Assembly (NCBI GenBank): GCA_051362555.1 | Contig: CM120649.1 | Location: 868,001-932,000 of the forward strand | DNA: 64,000 bases | Reading direction: 5' to 3' | DNA from: Lingula anatina | Taxonomy: Eukaryota; Animalia; Brachiopoda | In this document: one piece after another, positions 54,282-64,000 of the stretch | How positions within the stretch are numbered: the stretch's first letter is position 1 | How the letters are laid out: each line of letters opens with the position of its first letter | Position numbers and translations under genes: made by a program | The notes under the pieces: model-generated | Database searches by the model: none | Seen by the model: only the letters and a program-made list of their open reading frames with translations | Told to the model about the DNA's origin: nothing

Positions 54282-54490
54282 ACTTACTTCTTACAATTAC
54301 CGGTACTGGTACGACTCTCTGTGCGTGTGACGTTGTTGTGTGGCTCACTCACTTGTTCTCCGTCTGTTCGCCTCGAGTGTGACCAATAGGAAAACGCAGT
54401 CACCGTAACTACTCCACTGATGTCGCTCAGCGGTTAAAATAATCAATTAAAACAATCTCGTAGTGGGCAGAGGGTTTGGACGTCGACGGT
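54282..54490 (-). promoter_or_regulatory. Putative SCP2 non-coding first exon and promoter
   Basis: ATCTACTTACTT (minus-strand donor), AGGAAAACGCA and AGTGGGCAGAG are colinear with the SCP1 upstream region. Confidence 0.55.
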
Positions 54491-54560
54491 TACAAGTTAT
54501 CATGTACCCAGTTCGTTTTGGCTGGCATACAATGGCCCCAATCAGAACAATGGATAAACT

Positions 54561-54681
54561 AGTTCGAGGGTCAAATATGGCCACCCACTACAAAGTTTGC
54601 CGCCTAATCCGCTAATAGACACTGAACAGATACCCCGTGGGGAAGTATTCAAGTGGGTTGACCATTTTTGACCCTTGGACT
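54561..54681. mobile_element. Short MITE between SCP2 and TRIM3
   Basis: About 30-bp TIR AGTTCGAGGGTCAAATATGGCCACCCACT / AGTGGGTTGACCATTTTTGACCCTTGGACT. Confidence 0.7.
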
Positions 54682-56546
54682 TTTTTTTGTATTTATTTCG
54701 AGATATGTTGACTTCCTTCTCTTAACACTGTTATTATATATGTTTTTCTACAACCTGATTTCGTAGTTTTGTCCCCTTTACACGGCCAACTGCTAAAGAT
54801 TGCGTTTTCCCAAAAACGCCAAGTGTGCATGTAACAGATTGGGGCATGTAACAGATATTTAATTAAAGGGATAACAGCTGTGCATTTTTTTAAACAGAGT
54901 AGACGACAATTTCCCATACTCATCAGTGGTTAATTAAACTGCTTGGACATCCGAAGCTGGTCCATTTTTTTACTATTTATTATGATTATCCTTATTATTA
55001 TTGTAATTTTTTCCTTATAATCCCTTAAAAGATTATAATAGAGGCTACCCATCCATGGAGGTCACGATGACAGCCACAGGTTCCAAAATAATTGCGATAA
55101 CTACCGTTTTGATGGTAAAAGATAATTTATTATTTACCGACTTCTGGAAACCGGCCAGGATATTTGAAGAGTACTGGGGTGCATTGACAGTCTCCATTTT
55201 GATGTATCGTTATCTTACCTGAAACGTTACATTGTTGTTTAAGTGTCGTATTTACCTCAGTCGGGAACTAGATGCCGTGTACAGCACGGTCACCTGTACT
55301 CTAAAATAAATGAATAATGCGGTAGGGAAGACACTACACGAATGTGGGGCTGATTGCAGTTGTGAGGACTCAATTGTTGAGGCATTCCGAGTTCCTCAAC
55401 TGTTCCCATTGTAAAGCACAATGATCAACATGTTACACATATATGTATCCAGATACATATTCATTTAAAGGTTTCTCCGTCTACCTTACCACTACCACCG
55501 AAGAGCCAAAGTATTAATGTTCAGTTGCAAAGTTGACTTAAATATCAAAATATAAATTCTTTATCTGCATTACAACATTAAGCTGACGGGTCCATGCTTG
55601 TTACTGTTATAATCTACATTTATCCTCCCGAAGGCTGTCTTAAATATATTTTGTACAGCCCTTCCATCTAGTTAGATTTATCAATGTATACAACTGACTT
55701 CAGTTAGATAACAGAGATTACTGGTAAATATGTCACCATGCCTGTATTGTACCAAGTGATAGCGCCATATTGCTGATTAAGTTAACTCTGAAGTCTCCTT
55801 GAACATTGAACGGCTCACCTGACCAGGTGTACATGTCACGAGAGACAGTACATCTAAATGACGACTGGGGGCGTGTACCGGTCACCAAGAGAAATATAAC
55901 TGGAGAAACGAGAGGTAATTAGAATTTTGAGCACATTCTAGGTTCGTAGTTATTACAGTCTGTGTCTGCCTAAGATAATAAAACATAACCAGTTGGAATT
56001 TTATGGTATTTGCTGCTTGATATTTGGGGTTAGGACATCTTCTTCGTAAACTGTAAATTTTCTTATCTCTGAATATTTGGTATTCTCAATATCTGTGTAG
56101 CATTCATTCGTCTTAAACGTAATGTGATATTTCGCTTACCTCGGCCCATTTTCATTTAATTTTAAATTCACTTGATAGATAAGATCATATTTAATTATAT
56201 ATGTGCATTCATATCTTTATATTCAATTCTTTGTTTATTTCCAATTATTTATTTTGTGTTCGTGCTCTGTTCCATTCCGTACGTCCAGTCTTCAGCTAAA
56301 ATTTATTTATCTCTCTCTGCTCTGTGTACTGTGTCTTGGGGGGGAGAAGTATTGTAATATACACACCATAAAGAGGCTTACATTATCATCGACACGTCTT
56401 TCGTAGGTTGGGACTTCTCTTAAATCATCTAAACATTAAGTACCATGCATTACACTACATGTATTTAAATATATTAAATATTATTAAGTCCGTCATTTAT
56501 ACAATACCCTCCATTTCTCTATTTTAAGATATAGGTCCTAGGAACC

Positions 56547-58445
56547 ATGTCTCTGTCCAAGATCCTAACGGAAGATTTCCTAACATGCAGCATATGTCAT
56601 GAAAAGTTTAAAGAGCCAAAGGTCCTCGGCTGTTCACATACGTTTTGCCAGCATTGCCTCCAAGACCATTTGGACAGAAATTTCCAAGGTCAAGCTAACT
56701 TCCCTTGTCCTCTCTGTAGACGTCAGTGTGACCTCCGTGGGGGCGGCGTTAGCAGTTTGCAAACAAATCATCTTGTGGTTAGCATATCACATACAATAAA
56801 CCAGGTAAAAAAAGCAAAAATTACCAAGAAATGCGAGGTATGTTGTCTAAAAAGAGTCGTCAATCCACAAACGGCAACAAAACATTGTTTGAACTGTGAG
56901 GAAAGTATGTGTAGTGATTGTTCTTCGGACCATGTTCTTCATAAGTTAAACCGTGACCACAAACTCTTTCCTGTGGATCAGTTAGACAGTGACGAATACG
57001 TAACAGAGCTGCATTCCCGACAAAACGTCCTCTGTGACCACAACAACAAGGAACCCGTAGAAATCTACTGTCCAGTGTGTAAAAAGTACATCTGCGCTAC
57101 GTGTATGTTTTTGGAACACAAGGATCATGATTGCCTTAGGATCAAAACTGCTGCTGACAAACGCAAGGAAAAACTGGCACTCCTCGTTAGACCCATTGAG
57201 AAGAAAAGTCTACTCTACGATCAGTTCAAGACCGCCGCTGAAGACCAGAAAAAGTCGGTTGAAGAAGGAAGAAAGAAGGCAAAGAGTCAGGTTAACAACC
57301 AGATGGAGCTAGTTATTAAGATGGTCCGCCAACATGCCAAGAGTCTTCTGGAAGAAATAGATGCCAAGTCGAATGCAAAACTAGAGGTTTTAAATGCTTT
57401 AATTGCAACTGCTACCGTTGAGCAAAATCAACTGGACGACGTTGTAGAATTCTCAAGAAAGCTCATAAACCATGGGAACGACATGGATGTCCTGCAAATG
57501 GCCTCCGCCTGTGAGCAAAGCAGCAAGAGCGTCCAGAATCTCGACATCCCGACCCTGCCCACAGCCATGACCCAGCTACAGCTTATCACCAACGACAAGG
57601 AGGAATGCGTTACCAATATCAACCGTTGCCTTGGAGACCTGGTTCCCGCTGTGAGTGGAAGACTGGTGACATCATTCATAGTAGGGCTATCCAAGACTCC
57701 TGAGGAGGTGATCACTCACGTGACCACTGATACAAATGGTGACATCCTTATTGGTATTTGGTGTAATGAGGACTTTTCAAGGAATAGAATCCACATCTAC
57801 GATACCACCTTTGTCCTACAGGGCACAATTCAACGGGCAGCAGAAAAGGGTGGCTTTGCTGGGGTTGCCATTGATGATGACGGTAACATCGTCACTAGAT
57901 GTCAGTGTTCAAATGAAATCATTGTCTACACCAAGACAGGGGACCACGTGAGAACATTCCACAGTGAGTCACCTCAGGCAGTAGCGGTCAACAGCAAGGG
58001 TCACTATGTGGTGGCCGGTCGTAATACTCTGACTGTGCACCACAAGAATGGCAAGGTTCTGCAGACGACACCAGACCCTGGAGGGGTTATATATTTCAAA
58101 TACATCCACTGCAACGTGAATGATGACGTCATCGTCACAGATCCAGGAGATCATCACATCCGTGTATACAATTCTACTCTCCAGCTTAAATACAGATATG
58201 GTACCAAGGGTGATGGGGACGGACAGGTGAACATTCCACGTGGCATATGCTGCTTGGATAATGGAGACATAATTCTAGCAGACTTCAACAACCATTGTCT
58301 ACACCTGGTGTCATCAGATGGGAAATTCAAGCAGTTTCTTTTAAGCAGCAATGGACTACGCTATCCGAGAGATGTTACAATAAGCCATCTCGGAAAACTA
58401 GTCGTTGGGGAAAGTAACGGCAAGATTAAATTTTTTGAATTATGA
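56547..58445 (+). CDS. TRIM-NHL E3 ligase copy 3 (632 aa)
   Basis: Same architecture, intact ORF. Confidence 0.93.
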   Translation: MSLSKILTEDFLTCSICHEKFKEPKVLGCSHTFCQHCLQDHLDRNFQGQANFPCPLCRRQCDLRGGGVSSLQTNHLVVSISHTINQVKKAKITKKCEVCCLKRVVNPQTATKHCLNCEESMCSDCSSDHVLHKLNRDHKLFPVDQLDSDEYVTELHSRQNVLCDHNNKEPVEIYCPVCKKYICATCMFLEHKDHDCLRIKTAADKRKEKLALLVRPIEKKSLLYDQFKTAAEDQKKSVEEGRKKAKSQVNNQMELVIKMVRQHAKSLLEEIDAKSNAKLEVLNALIATATVEQNQLDDVVEFSRKLINHGNDMDVLQMASACEQSSKSVQNLDIPTLPTAMTQLQLITNDKEECVTNINRCLGDLVPAVSGRLVTSFIVGLSKTPEEVITHVTTDTNGDILIGIWCNEDFSRNRIHIYDTTFVLQGTIQRAAEKGGFAGVAIDDDGNIVTRCQCSNEIIVYTKTGDHVRTFHSESPQAVAVNSKGHYVVAGRNTLTVHHKNGKVLQTTPDPGGVIYFKYIHCNVNDDVIVTDPGDHHIRVYNSTLQLKYRYGTKGDGDGQVNIPRGICCLDNGDIILADFNNHCLHLVSSDGKFKQFLLSSNGLRYPRDVTISHLGKLVVGESNGKIKFFEL

Positions 58446-60319
58446 GTGATTGCTAAGCTTACAAAGAGCACTAAAAAGATCATTAAAATACAGCCAATAT
58501 CCGAGTAAACATTGTATCGGCCCAATTTTTACATGTTCTGCCCTATAAATAATGCAATATGAAAATGTTTCAATAATACAAGTACATTTTTTAAAAATAA
58601 AATCCTGCTGATGAATTTCAAATATGTATTTATTTTCTCAGTTATATAATAATCGCTGGATATAATGACTTCGTTTCTTGAAGGGCAAAGAATAAAAAGT
58701 GGCATTCACGTGGAAGCCTCAAGGATTACGCTAAATAAATCGTGCGTTTCAAGCATCTCGGGAAATAAAAAGCGGAACATGAAATACCCAAATGGACACT
58801 CTCTGATATAACAGGGGCTTCCTAATACAGCTTGTTAAAAAGTTTAAGAGGGTCAGCCATTTTAACAGATTATATACTTGCCACCCCGGAAGTAAGCAAC
58901 AGACGTAGAAACGTCCCACGGATAAATTATATCCGTAATAATTGTGAAACCTCGCATCGCATGGCAAATTCTTGTCTGGCCGCACGATCACCATGAGATA
59001 ACTGGAAGATACAGTATCAACCCGGGCACTGGGATCTACGAATACCTACCAATTGTGTGTCTCATGGGTTATGTCACCTAGCGCAGTGTCTCCACGACTA
59101 TGTTTGTAGAAACATTATAACTCCCCCCAAAACCGCCAAGTATGTTACAGATTGCGAAAGCGAAGGCGCATCTTTGCCCGACATAATGATAGCATGTCAA
59201 ACGTTCGTGATCGCGGACGCCGTACTGAACTTTCGTGATGCGGACGTATAAATATTTACCATATGTATGCGCATCATGCCTGGCGTCAAGAACAGAAACC
59301 TACCAATCATGTGAGCCTCATATTCAAGATGCAGAACGTATGATCTTTTGTTCTCGACACCCGCCGTGTAACCATTATTTTGATTAGATAAAAGTTCATA
59401 AAACCCATCATTTTCTGGCCTGTTGACCGCCATGATAGACCTAGTATCTATTTGACACAATTGCCATACTAGTATTCCTGCATGGTCAGCGGTCTCTCTT
59501 ATCCAACAAGCGTTCTGATGGGTTCACATGTCCAAGGCATTTAAAGTGTATGAGTTAGTGTCTGGAAGCAGTATGCAGTTCGGAGCGGGTCACAGATTGT
59601 TTTAATCTGGTAAAATATTGATTTGTCATGAAAATTCGAACTTGATATTTCATTTGGATTTCTTAAACAATTTTTATACTTGTTTTCCAATTTTTCTGAC
59701 TGATAAACGAAAACAATGATTCAAACATTTAATGATTTTATTCGGATCAGTAAAAAAAAATGTGAGAAACGTTATGATAAATTCTATCCAAAATGGTGAT
59801 ATTAAGGTCCTTGAGGTTAAATCTTTCTGTACAGCTCTTAAATTAATATGGCTTAAGAGATTTGTAAGTCTACATAATTTTCCATACATCTAACCTAATA
59901 GGCGTAGACTAAAATGCATCTATTCCATAAGCCAAATTAACGCAATCATCTTCTGCCCCTCCACTCCCCGCCCCCCCCCCTACCCCACCCCCTCCTCCCA
60001 CCCACTCACCAAAAGTCCCATGGCACTGCTCTTGTATTACGGAGGAGACGTGAATAACAGAATCACTATTGTCCTGCGGAAATGGAGAAGATGAGCAACA
60101 CAATCATCAGTCTCTCCTAACACAATCGTTATATATATTTTATTATGCCGGGTATTTTTTGCAAAGGTAGTACATGGGGAGATTTTTTAACTATAGCTTG
60201 TATGTGGGGGGCATACTTTAGGACTAATAAGTGGAGTAAATGAAACATTACAGAATGGCACTTTACTGAAAATCTTAAGATCAGCGTCGAAAATTTGTAT
60301 TCGTCACCATGCTCCCTAT

Positions 60320-60775
60320 GCAACAATTCCCGTGGTTCTTGATACCCATCTGGCAGTCACTTATCAATTATTTCGGTTCACCATCTATGTATTGATATAC
60401 CTAATGCAGTCTTTCAGTGTTTAATGTAACCTTAGGTTCAATTTTAGTTTCAAAAGAAATCATGAATGTACTATAAATCAGTAAATCACCCTTTAACAGT
60501 GGGGCCATTTGCCTCGGTAAAGGCGGGACGCACTGCACAGCATAGGGCACAACTTCCATTCGTTGTCTGCTCTAAATGCAACAATTCACGCGCCTTTTGA
60601 TACCCAGAATATACTATACTAGTAAATAGAGTATACTAGAATATAGAGACAACTACCCCCTGTACTTATCAATTCCTTTGGTTCACCATCTGTGTATTGT
60701 AGACAGTAAAATCTTTAATGTGACCTCAGATTCTATTCTACTTTCAATATAAATCAATACATCGCCCTTAAACAT
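60320..60775. repeat. Diverged two-copy tandem duplication
   Basis: CAACAATTC...TTGATACCCA and ACTTATCAATT...GGTTCACCATCT.TGTATTG recur at ~60320-60500 and ~60578-60775. Confidence 0.7.
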
Positions 60776-61268
60776 TGGAAGATTGTATTTTCGATATCAA
60801 TACACAGCAATAAAATATGCCACAATGTTTGTATTGTACATACAAAAAGCTCCACATTGTTGATCAATGTGACTTTGAAGCTATCTATGGAGGTCCTGTG
60901 GTCGGATGACAAGCACAGATTCTAGAATAATTACGTTAACCACCATTTTGGTGGTAAAAGAAAATTTATTATATTTCCCTGAGTTGTTTACAGTGTATTT
61001 ATTGTGTTATCCCATTAATGCTGGCAACGACCCAAATCGCCTTCTAAACCAGTCAGAATATTTCAAGAGCATTAGGGTAGGTTCACAGTCTCCATATAGA
61101 GTTATCACACATGAAACATTTCTTTTTTTGCTGAAGCGTCGTTTTTACTTCAACAAGGAACTAGATGCCGTGTATAGCACAATCACCTATAAACTAAGGT
61201 AGACTAAGATACTTGTATAATGCGGTAGAGGAGACACTGCACGAATGTGGGGTTGATTGCGGTTGTTG

Positions 61269-61963
61269 CACCCTAGGTTCTAGATTTCAGTATTGCAAGC
61301 TCGATCATGCTTTCCTATGTAACCCATATCAGCAATACTGACTCTGACCACTAGCGGCAGTTTGGGGGTGTGTTCGAAAAATCTATCCCGCCTGGAGCTG
61401 CCTTTCCCGCCTTGAGCTGACGATATATCTTGCAGACGAGACAAAGAAGCAAATTGGCTGACATGTAGTTTGTAGTTTGAACGAAGAATACCTTTCATTC
61501 GAAAATCAGTGCCACAACACAATCACCTTTCTGCTTTAAAAACTGAATTTCGGTGCAGCCATTGCGCGGTCCTTATAGTGGTATCGGACATACAGTGTAG
61601 CTGTCAAACTTTGCACGCGACATAAACGTGTACATGTATTGTGTTTATATCTTCAGAAGCAAATGTTTTTTTATAAGCAAAAAAAATACCATGACATCTG
61701 GTACATTTTCTTCTGAAAAAATAATATTAATGTTTCAATTCACAGCTTAAATACAGTGAATAAAATTAAATAAAGCAAATTAAAATATGCTGTACGTTTG
61801 AATTTGGGTTAATGAGATTCAACTGCAGATTTACTGCGGAGCAGTTCCTTTGATTGACGGATACTCGAAATTGCCGCTGTTCGTCAGAGCCACTGTAAAG
61901 CTCCCCACGCAAAGGTATGAATAGTGAGCAACCTAGCTTTATAGTGCCTTGACACTCAGGGCA
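61269..61963. mobile_element. 695-bp insertion with 8-bp target-site duplication upstream of TRIM4
   Basis: GGTTGTTG is duplicated at 61261-68 and 61964-71 but single at the homologous site upstream of TRIM2 (48311-18). Truncated copy at ~42404-42948. TIRs weak. Confidence 0.75.
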
Positions 61964-63065
61964 GGTTGTTGAGACTTGATTGCGATTGTTGAGACTTGAT
62001 TGCGATTGTGGAGGCACTCCGGGTTATTCTAACTGCCCCCATTATAAGGCAAGATGTTCAACATGTTACTCATACATTTATCCAGCAATATATCATTTGC
62101 AGGTTTCCTCGTCTGCCTCAACACTACCACTGATAAGCCAAAGCATAAATGTTAGATCTCAACGTCATCTCAAACATCAAAATATAATTTCTTAAGCTTC
62201 AATATAACATTAAGTTGAAAGGACCGTGCTTGTCTCTCTTAGTCTGTACATTTATCTGTATCCAACTGAGCGTGGTTTGATTTAAATCTATTTTATAAAC
62301 CCTTACACTAGGTCAGACTTATCAATATAAACAACTCAATTCAGATAACAGCGATAAAATATGTCACCACGTCTGTATTGCACATAGAGATAGCGCTATT
62401 TTGCTGATTAAGATGACTTTGAAGTCTCCATGAACACTGAACGTCTCACCTGACAAGGTGTACATGTCACGAGAGACAGCACATCTAAATGACGACTGAA
62501 GGCGAGTACCTGCAAACCAGAGAACTATAACTGGAGAAAAGAGAGGTAATTAGAATTCTGAAGACATTGGTAGTTATTACAGTCTGTGTCTGCGCCTGTG
62601 TAAGGTGGTGAAAAAATAATGGTTGTTACCCAGTTGGAATTTTATGATTTTTGTTGCTGATGGTTATCCTCTACGTGAAATGTTAACTGTTGTGAATAAT
62701 ATTATTTTCATTTATTTCACATGATTTCCTTTTTTTGTTCGTGCTTTATTCCGTTCTGTATGTCCTGCTATCAGCCAAAATTTATTCATCTCTTTTTGCT
62801 GTGGGTAAATCTTATTGCAACTGCTCTCATCTTAGTGGTGTAAAGTACTGTAATATACATTATATACATAGGCTTAAGGGTCCTCCATGCGTCTTTCGTA
62901 GGCCAGATATTGTTTTATTTCATCAAAACATTTCGTCTCATAAATATCTCCATATTTACATGCATTTAGATATAGCTTAATGGTGTGTTTACTTCCATCA
63001 CTAAATCTATATCATTAAACCCATGTCCCTCATTCCTCTATTTTAGGATATTGGTCCGAGGAGAA

Positions 63066-64000
63066 ATGTCTCTGTCCAAGATCCTAACGGAAGATTTCCT
63101 AACGTGCAGCATATGCCTTGAAAAGTTTAAAGTCCCCAAGGCCCTTGGCTGTTTACATACGTTTTGCCAGCATTGCCTCCAAGACCTTTTGGAAAGAAAT
63201 TTCCAAGGTCAGCCTCGATTCCCTTGTCCTATCTGTAGACGTCAGTGTGACCTCCCTGGGGGCGGTGTTAGCAGTTTACAAACAAACCATCTTGTGATCA
63301 GCATATCACACGCACTTGCTCAAGTAGAACAAGCCAAAGCTACCAAGAAATGCGAGGTATGTTGTCTGAAGAATATACGCCTTCCACCAACGGCAACAAA
63401 ACGTTGTTTGAACTGTGAGGAAAGTATGTGTGGTGATTGTTCTTCGGAGCATGTACTTCATAAGTTAAATCGTGACCACAAACTATTTCCTGTCGACCAG
63501 TTAGGAAGCGACGAGTACGTAACAGAGCTGCGTGCCCGACAGAGCGTCCCTTGTGACCACAACAGCAAGGACCACGTAGAAATCTTCTGCCCAGTGTGTA
63601 AAAAGTGCATCTGCGCCACTTGTAGTTTTTTGGAACACAAGGATCATGATTGCCTTAGAATCAAAGCTGCTGCAGACAAACGCAAGGAAAAACTAGAACT
63701 CCTCGTTAGGCCCATTGAGAAGAAAAGTCTACTCTACGATCAGTTCAAGACCGCTGCTGAACACCAGAAGAGGTCGGTAGAAGAAGGAAGAAAGAAGGCA
63801 AAGAGTCAAGTAAACAACCATTTGGAGCTACTTATTAAGATGGCCAGTCAACGTGCCGAGGACCTTCTAGAAGAAATAGATGCCAAGTCGAATGCCAAAC
63901 TAGAGGTTTTAAATGTTTTAATTGCAACTGCTACCGCTGAGCAAAATCAACTGGACGACGTTGTAGAATTCTCGAGAAAGCTCATTAACCATGGGAACGA
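63066..64000 (+). CDS. TRIM-NHL E3 ligase copy 4, 5' part (runs off window end)
   Basis: ATG 63066 MSLSKILTEDFLTC..., open to the window end; about 98% nucleotide identity to copy 1 by manual count. Missing from the ORF track because it has no stop in the window. Confidence 0.9.
   Translation, partial: MSLSKILTEDFLTCSICLEKFKVPKALGCLHTFCQHCLQDLLERNFQGQPRFPCPICRRQCDLPGGGVSSLQTNHLVISISHALAQVEQAKATKKCEVCCLKNIRLPPTATKRCLNCEESMCGDCSSEHVLHKLNRDHKLFPVDQLGSDEYVTELRARQSVPCDHNSKDHVEIFCPVCKKCICATCSFLEHKDHDCLRIKAAADKRKEKLELLVRPIEKKSLLYDQFKTAAEHQKRSVEEGRKKAKSQVNNHLELLIKMASQRAEDLLEEIDAKSNAKLEVLNVLIATATAEQNQLDDVVEFSRKLINHGN

Noticed and set aside
44428-63640. Short antisense and alternate-frame ORFs repeated within the TRIM genes
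   Set aside because: They recur only because the TRIM CDS is duplicated.

Overview
AT-rich animal genomic DNA with spliceosomal introns, microsatellites and many small transposon relics. The SCP and TRIM family content suggests a marine invertebrate, probably a spiralian (inference). Left 38 kb: one spliced cyclic-nucleotide-gated (CNG) channel gene on +. Coding exons are 1594-2941, 30954-31247, 35879-36184 and 36800-37707, all joined by phase-1 GT-AG introns, the first 28,012 bp long, giving a predicted 951-aa protein. Its pore reads TTTGT, without the usual acidic selectivity-filter residue. Right 25 kb: a young tandem array SCP(-) TRIM(+) TRIM(+) SCP(-) TRIM(+) TRIM(+, cut by window end). 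Two EF-hand genes of the sarcoplasmic calcium-binding protein (SCP) type each sit head-to-head with a RING/B-box/B-box/coiled-coil/NHL TRIM gene. The TRIM paralogs differ most at predicted ligand-facing NHL loop positions, and all four carry a 13-codon uORF in a putative leader exon. Orphan flanking blocks and filled/empty transposon sites record birth and death of copies. All alignments were done by eye; no database search was run.
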